Positions 1-13,670 are shown, numbered from the stretch's first letter. The stretch is 64,000 nucleotides of DNA from Octopus vulgaris (GCA_951406725.2 OX597823.1:105090001-105154000), one strand, 5' to 3'. Translations and numbers: made by a program. The notes: generated by a model from the letters alone, not told the origin.

Positions 1-700
<700 letters not shown>

Positions 701-1544
701 TATATGTATGTATGTACATGTATGCATAATAAATATTTCTGCCATTATCTCCCACTAAAAGTAGATGTTTTGTTAAAACACAAAATGTTGTGTTATGTAC
801 CATGAGAGATCCTCTTGCATCGAATTGTGGTGCCCATAGCATTTGTGTTTAGATTAGACATTTTAATATATAAAGCACCAACTTTTTAAATTGTTTTCTT
901 TCTGTTTGTGATGCCGGAAGGAGAAGTCAGTGTCTATCCTGGGAAAGGTGAAAGAGAGAGAAAGAAAGTATTGTAAAGTGTGGTAGATTAGATAGATATA
1001 GGTGGGAAATTGAAAGGGTGGGATTTAGCAACTTGTGAGAAAGGCAGACGTGAATAGTCACTTAAAAATATGGCATGGGTAAGGAAACTAGTGGAAGCCT
1101 GCATGTCTATAACAGTATTATATTTACTATGGAAGAAATATTTTTGCTCTGCAATGGAAATTTTTTTCTGTCACTGCTTCTAGACTTAAATAAGGCAACA
1201 CGCACACACACAAACATTACTTTCTTCAATATTTACATCTGTTTTTCATGCTAGAATGGGTTGGACAAATACTTATTATTATCCACACCTTCTGACAGTA
1301 TAACTTACTCCAGCAGTGCCAAACAACATTGATGCCACAGGAATATCCCAATATTTCCGTCCATACTATTGCAGGCCTCTGTGTCTTTTTGCCCCTCCAT
1401 TATCCATACAGCCATCACACACCAAATGGTATATGCTGTAACCATTCAAGCCATGCAGCAACCATTTTGTTTCACTGTTTGCTGTTCTCAGCTCTCAGCT
1501 CTGGTTGGTCCTACTCTCACATGCTTTGGTGTGTGTGTGTATAT

Positions 1545-1606
<62 letters not shown>

Positions 1607-1627
1607 ATGTTGTGTTAAAAACAGCTC

Positions 1628-1664
<37 letters not shown>

Positions 1665-2227
1665 TGGAGAAAGAGATATGTATAGATGCACGTACATATA
1701 TAAGAAATTTAAGAGTAAAATATAAATTTTGCTTGGAAACAATGGATAGTTGTTGTGTGTGTTGTTATAAAGGTGTGACGGTGGTGGTGTTCATTGTTTT
1801 ATTGTTAGGTGGTAGTATGGAAATAAAAGCAGCGAGCTACTTGTAGAGTAACACTGGTGTTGTTGTTATTATCATTGCTGTTTGTGCTGCTGATGGTGGC
1901 AGTGGCGATTGGGATGTCGATTTTATTGTTGTTGTTGGAATATAAGTAAGGGTGGTGATGGTGGTGGAGGAAGAGCAGAGCGGGGGTGGGGTAAATAAAC
2001 AGTGAAGCATTAAGGAGAGTAGTATGGTTGATAAAGGTCGCAATAGAAATGGTGGTAGCAGCAGAAGTAAGTAAAATATAAAAATAGGAGAAAAGAAAAG
2101 CAATAAAACTTAAAAGACAAAACAAATGAACTGAAGAAGCCAAATACAGAAACTGATGGTTTTTGATGCCATTTTATTTCATTTTTATTTTCTGCAATTC
2201 TACCTTGACTTCTTCTCACTTTCACTT

Positions 2228-2271
<44 letters not shown>

Positions 2272-3009
2272 ACTCTTTCCCCCTCTCTCTTACTCTTAAG
2301 CTTCCTCTTGTCCTTCTATTTACACATCTTTTCAATTGCAATACCATTTGCTGTATTATGTGATAATCTGATATAAAATAAAAAAAATATCTCATGCGTC
2401 ATTCTCTCTCTTTGTATGTAGCACACTCACACACATACACACTCACACACATACACACTCACACACATACACACTCACACACATACACACACACGCACTT
2501 ACAAGAAAAATAAAAAAAAAACAGAACCAAATCTAAGAAAGATAATTCCTTCATTAATGATCTTTTTTGCTTCGTTAAATAAATACAATTCGCTGTTTGC
2601 TTATTTTGTAATGAATTTATGATGATGATGATGATTCTTGAAAAAAGACACAGATTTTGGCAAAGGAGGAATGTCCTGTGTGATTCTCATTCAGTTGGCA
2701 CCACTTGCTTTTTCTTCTCTTGAGAATGATTATTAGATCAAAGAGAAAATCTATATTAATAGAGAAGTTGAAGTGGGAATTGGATTTTATACAAATACTT
2801 TAATCTATCAATGTATAAAAAATAATTTGTTTGTCTGCGTCTCATAAAGGAACCAGCACCAATTACAAACCATTATCACTTGATGACACTCAATTCAATG
2901 CTGTTTCCGCATTTCAATGTAAGCCCTTAAATAAGGGTGTATATACAGTACACACACACACATACACATGCACACACACACACACACGCACACACACACA
3001 CAACACACT

Positions 3010-3275
3010 CGTGTGCCAGTGTCACGTAAAAAGGTACTCATGCTGGCACCATGTAGAAACTGCATCTGTGCCTGTGCCATGTAAGAGCTCTCAAGATGGC
3101 ACAACATATAAAGCACCAAGGGCACTCGGTAAAGTGGTTTTGTGTTAGGAAGGACACCCTGCTGTAGAAACTATGGCAAAACAGACAACTGGAGCTCAGT
3201 GCAGCCATTTGGCTTGCCTGCTCCGGTCAAACTGTTTAATTCATGTCAGCATGGAAAATGAATGTTAAATGATGA
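3010..3275 (+). mobile_element. RTE-LINE 3' tail fragment followed by (GAT)n
   Basis: Diverged match to the 3' end of the RTE at 44850-45028. Confidence 0.65.
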
Positions 3276-3350
3276 TGATGACAACGATGATGATGTTGAT
3301 GACAATGATGACGATGATGGTGATGATGATGATGATGAAGATGATGATGG

Positions 3351-3392
<42 letters not shown>

Positions 3393-3450
3393 CAATGATG
3401 ATGTTGATGGTGATGACGATGACGATGACGACGATGATGACGATGATGAT
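3270..3450. repeat. (GAT/GAC)n microsatellite
   Basis: Direct inspection. Confidence 0.95.
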
Positions 3451-3479
3451 AAACACACACGCACACATTATAAGGGATT

Positions 3480-3715
3480 GTAATTCTAGGACTCATGGGG
3501 CTAGTTATCCAGTTTCCATGGCATATAATGTGACTAAGGTCAGCACATTCCGTCTGAACAGGAGGCCAGTTCATTGCTTATCCTTTACGGCTGAAAGGAC
3601 TGGAGCGATGTGAAATTGTTTTTCTCAAGAACACAATACACTGCTGGGGCCTGGAATGGAAACCATGATCTTGTGATCATGAGTACAACACCCTAACCAC
3701 TGGGCCACATGCCCT
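3480..3715 (-). mobile_element. SINE family D (tRNA-derived)
   Basis: Reverse complement begins gagggcatgtggcccagtggttagggtg; similar to 52490-52720. Confidence 0.6.
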
Positions 3716-3894
3716 CATAAATGTGTATCTATATGATATACAAGGCTGGGTAAATTCAAAGTTCACTCAGTCATTTTGTTTCAAGTTTGGAGTAATTGTG
3801 TGACCCCTTAGCTGAAGTGTCTTCTCGTTTAGCTTCATACTGACCAATGTCTGGCAAGTTGTGTTTGATAGAAGTTCATTGCATGTTAAAAAAG

Positions 3895-4220
3895 GTAGCC
3901 CTCCATCAGTTACGATGACGAGGGTCCCAGCTGATATGATCAACGGAACAGCTTGCTTGTGAAATTAACATGCAAGTGGCTGAGCACTCCACAGACACTT
4001 GCATACCCTTAATATAGTTCTCAGGGAAATTCAGCGTGACACAGTGTGTGATAAGACTGGTCCTTTGAAATACAGGTACGACTCATTTTTGCCAGCTGAG
4101 TGGACTGGAGCAATGTGAAATAAAGTGTCTTGCTCAAGGACATAACGTGTCACCGGGAATTGAACTCACAACCTTACAATCGTGAATCAAATGCCCTAAC
4201 CGCTAAGCCATTTGCCTTCA
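3895..4220 (-). mobile_element. SINE family D, long-tail variant
   Basis: tRNA-like head at 4150-4220 on minus; body collinear with 27125-27445. Confidence 0.75.
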
Positions 4221-4614
4221 GGCATTGCATGTACATCTAACATAAACATTATTATTGTCATCATCATCATTGTATTAATGTTCGCTTTTCCATGCGGAGT
4301 TTTTTGAGACAGATTTACAACAGCCAGATACCCTTTCTGACCCCAACACTCAGCTGCTCCCAAGCAAAGTGATAGCCTCCCATGGGCAGACAAATTTTTG
4401 CAGAATATTGGAAATGAATGACCCTGCTTTTATGACAGTGGTCCTCATTTACAGCTATCATGTGATGTCATAACAAGGAGACACAAGTGTACACACGCAC
4501 TCACACATGTCTACATATATTTATACATACATTCATACATATATACATACATACATACATACATACATACATACATACATACATACATACATACACACAT
4601 ACACACATATACAT

Positions 4615-5400
4615 ATATATCATCATCCTCATCATTATCATCATTTAGTGCCTGTTGTCCATGCTGGCATGGGTTGGACAGTTTGACCAGGGCTGACAAG
4701 CTGGAAGGCTGCACCAGACTCCAGTTTTATTTGGCATGGTTTCTACAGTTGGATGCCCTTCCTAACACAAACCACTCAAAGAGTGGTGATTTTATATGCC
4801 ACCGGCTTGGGGACCATTTACATGACACCAGTATCTGCTACGGCTGCAAGTTTACTTGGCTTGATGGGCTTTCTTCTCAAGCATGACATAATGCCAAAGG
4901 TCTCGGTCATTGCCTCTGTGAGGCCCAACACTTCAGAGGAGCTCAGCCACTTTGTCTCCGTGAGGTCCAATGCTTGAGAAGTGCTTTTTACATGCCACTG
5001 GTATGGGTGCCAGTTGTGTGACACCAGCATCAGCCATGACTACGATACCACTTGGCTTGATGGGTCTTCTCAAGCACAACATATTGCCAAAGGTCTTGGT
5101 CACTAGACATTGCCTCTGTGAGGCCCAAAGTTTAAAAATCATGCTTCACCACCTTGTCCCATGTCTTCCTGGGTCTGCCTCTACCACAGTCAGAGAATGG
5201 CACTTCTTTACACAGCTGTACTCGTCCATACACATCACATGACCATACCAGCAGAGTTGTCTCTCTTGCACACATCTGATGCCTTTTATGCCCAACTTTT
5301 CTCTCAACTTGCTTACACTCTGTCAAACATGCACACTGACATTGCACATCCAGCAAAGCGTACTGGCTTCATATCTTTCAAGCCTATGCATGTCCATGTT
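4615..5400 (-). mobile_element. RTE-LINE 3' fragment (ORF C-terminus plus 3' UTR)
   Basis: GRGRPRKTWDKVVKHD peptide; tail homologous to 44000-45028. Confidence 0.85.
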
Positions 5401-5777
5401 ACACAGCCCATGCTAGCTGTGCATTGTGTTCTTGAGCAAAACACTTCATTTCATGCTGCCCCAGTCCACTCAGCTGTAAGTGGGTAACTTTGTGATGGAT
5501 CGGTGTACAAGGATGAAATGATGCCTCAGGAAAATCACCCAAATAAAGGTCTTGCGGGCCATGTTTTTGTATCCAGTGACTAAAATAACGAATAGTACAA
5601 ACTGTTCGGTGAATCCCAACTATTTAAAATTGGCTCTTCATGTTCATGCACAGTGAAAGGTAGTAATGATAATATCTAAATCTAGGTCTTTCCCGATCGT
5701 TGTGCTCATACCATATCTCCATAAACTACTCTACTCCGCTCTTATTTAGAAACCTGAGCTGGCAGAAACATTATGGG

Positions 5778-5978
5778 CAGTGAGCTGGCAGAAACGCTAG
5801 CACGCCGGGCGAAATGCGTAGCCGTATTTCGTCTGCCGTTACGTTCTAGGTTTCATCCTTTCGGGGTCAATTAAATAAGTACCAGTTATGCACTGGGGTC
5901 GATGTAATCGACTTAATCCATATGTCTGTTCTTGTTTGTCCCCACTGTGTTTAGCCCCTTGTGGGTAGTAAAGAAATA
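5778..5978 (+). mobile_element. SINE family B (MetaSINE-like core), internally deleted
   Basis: gagctggcagaaacgctagcacgccgggcg...tttcatcctttcggggtc...aaagaaata; about ten copies in the window. Confidence 0.85.
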
Positions 5979-6068
5979 TATTTATCACTCACCCATTCAA
6001 TATCCTTAACTACTATCCACTCCATCTTTCCTGTCTGCTCATGTAGTAAAGAATGACATCACACCGAC

Positions 6069-6328
6069 CAGTGGTTCTCGACCATTTTCTACCTGTGGAT
6101 CCCTTTGATTCTTATTTTACTCTTAATGGACCCTAATAAACACTTGATGCTGAAATAAAATCCTATTATATCTTTTAGTAATTAAATATTATAAGGGATT
6201 GTATAGAAAAATTGTTAAAATATCTATTGTATTGTAGATGTATGAGTAATTTATTGCACATAAACTTCAACAACAAAATCCTTACATGGACCCTGAAGGG
6301 TCATACAGAGCCCAGTTGAGGACCACTG
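6069..6328. mobile_element. hAT/Charlie-like MITE
   Basis: TIRs cagtggttctcgacc / cagttgaggaccactg; degenerate 8-bp TSD acaccgac/acataaac. Confidence 0.65.
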
Positions 6329-6783
6329 ACATAAACTGTATTCAATAGACCCTTACAATTATCCTTTCTTTATTGTTAGGCTTCACTCCCTCCTTCTATT
6401 ATTCCCTCACCTGTCACTCATTATTGACATCCATCACTACCAATCTCTTGCCTTCACTTACCTTCATAGCTATCCCCTACTCTCTTTCTCATCACTTCGT
6501 CCACTATTTTTGACAGCCATTACTCTCACTCTCTCCCCACTCCCAGTCTAAGTACACCCTTCTATGGCTTATCCCCTATTTATCCTCTTTTAATTCAGGC
6601 TGGTGGCTACTTCACAATTTTATTTTCTATTTGTAAGAATTCCCTTGATTATCAAATTAAATTATCAACTAGAGACTAAATATATTAGAGCTGACCTACA
6701 GGCAATACTTAAATGCAACCACTGACACACATATGTATGTATGTGTGTATGTATAGATATAGATATATGCATGTATGCGTGTG

Positions 6784-6876
<93 letters not shown>

Positions 6877-6879
6877 GCA

Positions 6880-7275
6880 TATATGATATTTAGAGATAGC
6901 AGTCCCCATTATCACACCATATAAAAGAATTATATCTTAATACTTACTCCTCATTTCTAAATTTCTCTGCTACGCGTGTTTCTTGAGGTTCTTTTACCAT
7001 TCCTTAAGCATGCAGTGTTTTACAGGAACATTTCTTAAAACACAACCCCAATCGTCAGGCCTCTAAATAACTTTATAATAATTCAATACCAAATTCTATA
7101 TTTTAGTTTTTTAACAGATAAATATGCGTAAGTATTAAAATAAAATTCTTTTATATGGGGTGGGATGATGGGGACTGCTATTTCTAAATAACATATATTT
7201 CCTCATTGAAAATAATTCATTTTATTTGAATCCCTGTAATGCCGGAATTTTTATTCCCTAATAAATAAAATAAAA
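6880..7275 (-). mobile_element. Non-coding PLE-terminus-like insert in (TA)n with inverted arms
   Basis: 6880-6947 is the inverted copy of 7128-7197; contains a hammerhead motif; (TA)n on both sides. Confidence 0.7.
6961..7068 (-). ncRNA. Type I hammerhead ribozyme motif
   Basis: Minus strand: attt-agag-gc CTGACGA ttggggtt...aacctcaa GAAA cacgcg TA gc-agag-aaat; intact core and 8-bp stem II. Confidence 0.75.
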
Positions 7276-7283
7276 TATATATA

Positions 7284-7334
<51 letters not shown>

Positions 7335-7366
7335 TGAGAGAAAGATATAAATATAAATTTTGCATA

Positions 7367-7616
7367 TAGGGTGGTGCAAAAGTAGTAGGTATACAGTTAT
7401 GAAATAAAACACATACAATATGCATTTATTTTTATCAAAAAAATTAAAAGTTATGATAAAAGTATTTTGATAGTTATGATAAATGCATTATTTTGATTAA
7501 TGACATTGAAAATACCAAAAATGAGGCTACCAAATTTAATGTGCTAATAATTTTAATCAATTATCATAGCATTGAAATGATAGTTACTGTATACCTACTT
7601 TTGCATCCCCACTCTA
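7367..7616. mobile_element. Tc1/mariner-like MITE
   Basis: TIRs gggtggtgcaaaagtag..gtatacagt / actgtatacctacttttgcatccccactc; TA flanks. Confidence 0.7.
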
Positions 7617-7641
7617 TATGAATTTATATATATATATATTT

Positions 7642-8090
7642 TGTAATGGAATGGAAGGTTTATGATACCTGTGGAGTATCTCCTCCCATTATAATTATTT
7701 TTGGAGTTTCAAGGATCTGGAACACGAAGAAGAAGTTCACAAGCGGAGTATACTTCAGTAGCCGTTTATTTACAGAGTTCCCGTTCATGTGGTTTGCTCT
7801 CAGCGATCATCTTTATAGCAGTGCATGGTTTGTCTTAACTCCGTCCACATGAGGTTCATTACCTCTGGAGATAAGCACATGGAGTCAGAGCGGGACTAGA
7901 GTCTGTTGTGAACTGCTGGCTACAAAGTATTTCTCAGCGTAAGCGTGAGAAGAAATGAGAGAGTGACTGTCGCTGGTTTCTTGCTTAAATACTGGTTGCC
8001 GGCGAGAATCTCATTGTCATCTCACACACGGCAAATGGTTACTGGCGAGATCTTGTTAAACATGGTGCTGGCTTCTTGTGTCTCACTTCA
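7642..8090 (-). mobile_element. Possible solo LTR
   Basis: TG...CA ends, about 450 bp, GC-richer island; minus-strand TATA-like and AATAAA; imperfect 4-bp TSD attt/actt. Confidence 0.45.
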
Positions 8091-8149
8091 ACTTTAAAAT
8101 CATATATATATATACATTTATATATATATTTTTAAATCATATATCTTAA

Positions 8150-8274
8150 CCCTTTGAGCCTGTAATACCAGTTTACCAGTGAATAGTATACTGTAGTACT
8201 GCTCTATTCTGTAGCACCAGTGAAGTGCCAGGTGTATGGTCAAATAAGATTTCAGGAGGTCAGGGCTCAATGGG
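8150..8274. mobile_element. piggyBac-like MITE
   Basis: TTAA on both sides; TIRs ccctttgagcc / ggctcaatggg. Confidence 0.65.
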
Positions 8275-8290
8275 TTAATACATAAAAGAC

Positions 8291-8360
<70 letters not shown>

Positions 8361-9469
8361 TGCGCATATGTTCCTTATGAATTCACAAACTGAATTGCTA
8401 GTTTTGACTTATGAGATATCAAAAGATTCAGTACTCTTTCAGCTACCAAATAAACTTTATTTTCATTTACTTATTTGCATTGCAAAAATTTAACATTATA
8501 ATCTTTCTATAAGTCACCTATTGTAAACGACATTTTAAACCATAACAACGATGACAATGATGTCACATTTTCTATATGAGTGTGTATATATCTGGCAATG
8601 TGTGTTTGTTTGTGCGTTCATTACGTACATTAGGCTGATGACTGACAAATATATGTGTGTGTATGTGAGGATGTATGTGTCTGTCAGTATACATACATTT
8701 TTGTGACGACTGACACACACACACACATCTAAAGAAAGAGACAGACACACAGATGGACAGAGATAAGCCTGAGGTGTGCGTGAATGTATGTCTGTGTGTC
8801 TGTCTTAGTATATGTATGTGATTGTATTGCCCAACAGTCAAATGCTGATCTTGAAAGAGTTTAGTTTAGTTGCCACCTGGACGTTCAACGAACAACAGCG
8901 TTCACTTTGAAGTACCACTGTTTGAATTTTCCTTTTCATCATGGAGAGTTGCGGTTTAAACAGCATTAACGATTATCACTACTTATGTGCTGAAATATTA
9001 TTCTGGTTTTTATAACCAACAAGAAGATATGGCTGATTTGACAGCACTCACAACACTTGCAAATATTTCTGAAAATAAATGTTATTCTGGTCATTATAGC
9101 AAATTCAGAAACTTGGTGAAGTAGAAAGCCTTAATGGCTCTTTTAATATAATTACAGAAATGTTATTCAAGTCCTTATAACCAGTTTGAAGATAATGCTT
9201 TTTTAACAGTCCTAGCATTCTTATCGTATTCCTGCTATGCTGCTTCATTGGTGTGAGTATTCAAAAGCTGTGCAACCTTTTTACTGCATTAGTCAGTATT
9301 TATTCTACACAATTAAAATATATAGTAAATGATGTCAAATTAATTTATGTCTTGCTATATACATCCTTCAGAAAATGTTTTAAATTAATTAACATTCACA
9401 ACAGCGACATATTCCTTTTTACTCAGTATTCGTTTAAAAATTGTAAAATAATAAATTATGCAGCATGAA

Positions 9470-9665
9470 ATTTTGTCAGTGAACAGGTCGTGGTCTCAAA
9501 GCGACGAAAATATTTTGACAAATTAAATTTAAATGTTGAAGTGAATCTAATGGTTTTTGTGTGTTTCTTAAATGGCTTATAAACACCTTCCACACTGCAG
9601 TTGTTTTCGTTCCAGCTCACGATCTCAGATCAGGTGACGTGCTATGCAAGTACATCTCCGTAATA
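9470..9665. repeat. Unclassified interspersed repeat end
   Basis: 9560-9665 recurs inverted at 30760-30870. Confidence 0.6.
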
Positions 9666-10039
9666 ATAAATTATTTTTGTATGAAAAATTGAATCATGCC
9701 TTCTGAATTTTCCTGGAGCTTGATTTTCTTCACCATGACATCCAGTCCTGAACTTTATAACATTTAGTACATGTTCCAAATAAATGTCGACTTTCTGTAC
9801 CTTGCTAATTTGGTGGCACATAGTAATTTTGGCTAAGTTGGTGACTTTCCGATGCTGGAATATTTCTTTTGGAAATATTCCCTAAAAATATTTCTATAGC
9901 ATAGAAAGTATGTTTTGCATCTATATTGACTACATTTCATTTGATCTTCGTGTTTCCAGTATTAAAAATTCTGTGAGTGTCTACGTGTCTGTGAGTGTGT
10001 GTGTTTCCATGTTTGTTACATCTATATTAAACTATAGTA

Positions 10040-11046
10040 AAGGACATTTTAAGCCATTTTAATGAGCCCACATCTAATGAAGTAGCCATTCTTATGGTAG
10101 GTGATCCCCATGAAAATCATGATATTCTCATTAATACTCGAGATAGCAATCTTGGATGAGTTTCACAGACTCATCCCTCCTATGATGCTCTCCAGTATCC
10201 TCTTATTCTGTGGAATGGACAAGATGGGTATCATTTCAATATTCCACAGTTTGAACCTGCAGCAGGAGAGCCAATTACAAACAAAAAGGTATTGTCAAAT
10301 GACTTCCATTCTTACCAACAGATGTTAAAACCAGAACAATCAAATCAATTATACATGTACTGTGATCTATTTCAGCAAATACCTGGTTGATATTTATGCT
10401 AAAGTTGAGAGTCAACATCCCCTCTACATTCGTAACAATTAAAATCAATTAAGGGATAAAACTTATGCTCATCACCAAGATGCTCTGAGGACAGATGGCG
10501 ATATTCAAAACATGGGGCAACTTATAAGCCTCTCATTATCATTCACAGGTGGTCCTTGATATATGCATGAATGAACACATGATGCTATGACATATGTCAG
10601 GACATATGGGGAATCAGATTTTTTTCTCAATTCCACCTGCAATCCTAAATGGCAGAAAATAAAATCTAACCTTCTTTCAATGTTGCATCTTCTGATATTG
10701 CAGCTACCCTCCTCAATGGAAGAAGAACTGCTCATCCCATGTTCAAACTCCCTCTAAACCTTTCAATGAAAGAAACTCAAATGTGCAACATTTCCAAAAT
10801 CTCTGCAATGGCAACAGTTCTACAATAAACTTGCCTCATTGTCTGAGATGAGTGCACTGTTACATCGGGTGGTAACAGGATATTCACATTCAACTCAAGA
10901 CTTCAGCTACATACTGAAATTATATGTGGTCAAATGATATTTTCACTTAGGGATCTTATGGATAAAATATTTCTTAATTTATCTGTCGATTACACTAATG
11001 TAAACTGGCTATGTGAAAGAGCTGTACTAGCTCCAACTAATGAAAT
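10040..11046 (+). pseudogene. Helitron Rep/Pif1-helicase relic with stops and large deletions
   Basis: Manual translation gives HPSYDALQYPL, YLVDIYAKVESQ, SFTGGP*YMHE*THDAMTYVRTYG..TCNPKW (Rep) and VASSDIAATLLNGRRTAH, WLCERAVLAPTNE (Pif1 family). Confidence 0.85.
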
Positions 11047-11251
11047 GAGTTTTCAAATTGAACTGTTCAATTTGAAAACTCCACTAGAGTGGATGAAAGC
11101 GCTAATATATGATATATGATTTATAAAAACATGTAACATTCTAATAAATATCTATAAATATAAAACCATCCAGATTTCTGAGTACCTCATTTCTTCTAAT
11201 ATAATTATATATATATATATATCTATATCTATATCTATATATATAATTATA

Positions 11252-11307
<56 letters not shown>

Positions 11308-11340
11308 TATAATTATATAATTATATATATATATATATAA

Positions 11341-11505
11341 TTATATTAAGAGATCAGGATAAAAAAGTTTTATTTAGTATTTTATCATTTGCTTGCTTAC
11401 ACCCTTTTTTTGTTTGGAGTTATTTGGCAGTTTCTTAGTGCCTTTGGCATCTATTTCCAGCATGTAGGAAAAGGGATTTTTATCCTGATCCCTTAGTTTA
11501 ATTAT
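11341..11505. mobile_element. Short inverted-end insert in (TA)n
   Basis: ttaagagatcaggataaaaa / tttttatcctgatcccttag. Confidence 0.55.
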
Positions 11506-11549
11506 ACATATATATAATTATTTATTTAGTATCTATATATATATATATA

Positions 11550-11622
<73 letters not shown>

Positions 11623-11835
11623 ATGTGTGTGTGCATGCAAACGTGTGTGTGTGTATACATGTACACCTTCAGCAATAGAGTGTAGTCACCATATTTCATT
11701 CCATAACAGCTACCTTTGATGAGTGCATGGTTACATATTCAGACTGTTGCCTAACACTTTGTTGGACCCCTAGTGCAAGCCAATTGCTAAGATTGGCCAT
11801 AATGGATATATATTACTGTACACTTTGATTAATAT

Positions 11836-12072
11836 ACCTGTTTCTTTATTACCCACAAGGGGCTAAACACAGAGGGGACAAACGAGGACAGACAAACAGA
11901 TTAAGTCGATTACATCGACCCCAGTGTGTAACTGGTACTCATTTAATCGACCCCGAAAGGATGAAAGGCAAAGTAGACCTTGGCGGAATTTGAACTCAGA
12001 ATGTAACGGCAGACGAAATACCACTAAGCATTTCACCCGGCATGCTAGCGATCCTGCCAGCTCGCCACCTTA
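11836..12072 (-). mobile_element. SINE family B
   Basis: Full copy; TSD attaatatacc at 11828 and 12077. Confidence 0.9.
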
Positions 12073-12714
12073 TTTAATTAATATACCCACAGATATACAA
12101 TGGCAATTTTTCCTGACATATGGAGTCTGAGACAACCTACACTCACACTTATACCAGTCAAATATTCCTTCTTAGATACAAAAGATTCGCAACCATCTCT
12201 ACTTGCCATATTATGTCTGTTCAGAACTTTGGCTAAATTTGTTGGATTTCTCCATACATCCATATAAACAAATGAAATTATAGTTCAAAACTGCATTGAA
12301 TTAAGAGAAATGTGTATTATAGGAAAGAAAATCCTGCAAATGAGGAACAGTTAAGAAAATGCTGTAATTTTATTACTAAAAGGATTACTCATCTGAAGAA
12401 TATGGTTAAAATAGCCATCACTGTTGATGGCTTAGATCTACCGTTATGTGTGAGAATCTATCAGAAATGTTTCCTGAAATAATCTTTCGGCAAGCACATG
12501 CAAATTCTGCTAGAAATGGCTTTAGCTGTTTTCTATTCTCTCACAGGACAGCATCAGTAAACTTCCATTTTTGGCTCAGATCCCAGTCTCTGTTTCCTGT
12601 CATCTTGGCAGATATTTTTGCTACTTATTCTTTCTCTCAATTGTGTGGGTTTATTAGGAAATGAGCCTCGTCATTTGTTTTCACATCGGGTGACTTAAGT
12701 GCATTTTTTTTGAT

Positions 12715-12766
<52 letters not shown>

Positions 12767-12814
12767 TAAATGCACACACACTCATACACACACCATGCAT
12801 ATGTATGCATGTAC

Positions 12815-12845
<31 letters not shown>

Positions 12846-13124
12846 TGCATGCATGCATGCATGCATGTATGTATGTATGTATGTATGTATGTATGTATGT
12901 GTGTATGTATGTATGTATGTATGTATGCATGTATGTATGTATGTATGTATGTTGTATGTATGTATATCCATATGTAAATATATGTATACAGACCAAGTAA
13001 TTTTCTTTTGTTTCAGCCTTGAAAATGTGACCATGCTGGGGCACCACCATTAATTTGCATCATTCTCTCTCTCTCTCCCCTCTCTCCCTCTCCCTATCTC
13101 TCTTTCTCTCTCCATATATATATA

Positions 13125-13195
<71 letters not shown>

Positions 13196-13245
13196 AATGT
13201 GCTTTTCATATTTTTTATGTTGTGATGTAATTCTTTGGACTAACA

Positions 13246-13347
13246 ATGTTTGCGACTGAAGAGAGCTTTAAAACCAGCTTTTATATCAATAATGCACTGA
13301 CGTAATAACGGATTGTTTATAAAGCTTGAAACACGTGTACCGCGATA
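13246..13347 (+). ncRNA. Type I hammerhead ribozyme motif in a (TA)n-flanked non-coding insert (13194-13465)
   Basis: ttgcga CTGAAGA gagcttta...taaagctt GAAA cacgtg TA ccgcga; palindromic stem III; one mismatch next to the cleavage site. Confidence 0.7.
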
Positions 13348-13461
13348 TCCTTTGTGTTCTGTTTTTAATTTATTTTTGATATATACTCTCTCACCTCTGC
13401 CACTATCTGGCATATACAGGTGCTTACACCTATCAAGTATTCACCCTAAATTTACAGTACC

Positions 13462-13496
<35 letters not shown>

Positions 13497-13670
13497 GTTT
13501 AAATATTTGTTGTGCAAGTTTTTTATGTGAAGTCGTGTGTTGAAACAGATATTGTTATATTTCGGAATGGTCATTTTGCCAGTTTAGCCAATAAAAACAT
13601 ATGCACTATATATTTGGTGTTATTTTGCTTCAGTGTTATTTATTTTTTACATTAATCTTAATCTTATTTC

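Noticed and set aside
7170-7190. GAAATAGCAGTC as a hammerhead 3' half (also near 25124-25135)
   Set aside because: No CUGANGA upstream, it is antisense to the inferred element RNA, and similar words occur in unrelated repeats.
11070-11108. Possible hammerhead TTGAAAA-c-tccac..gtgga-t-GAAA-gcgc-TA
   Set aside because: Core has two substitutions and stem I pairs only about 2 bp; could be a decayed relative but is not supportable.
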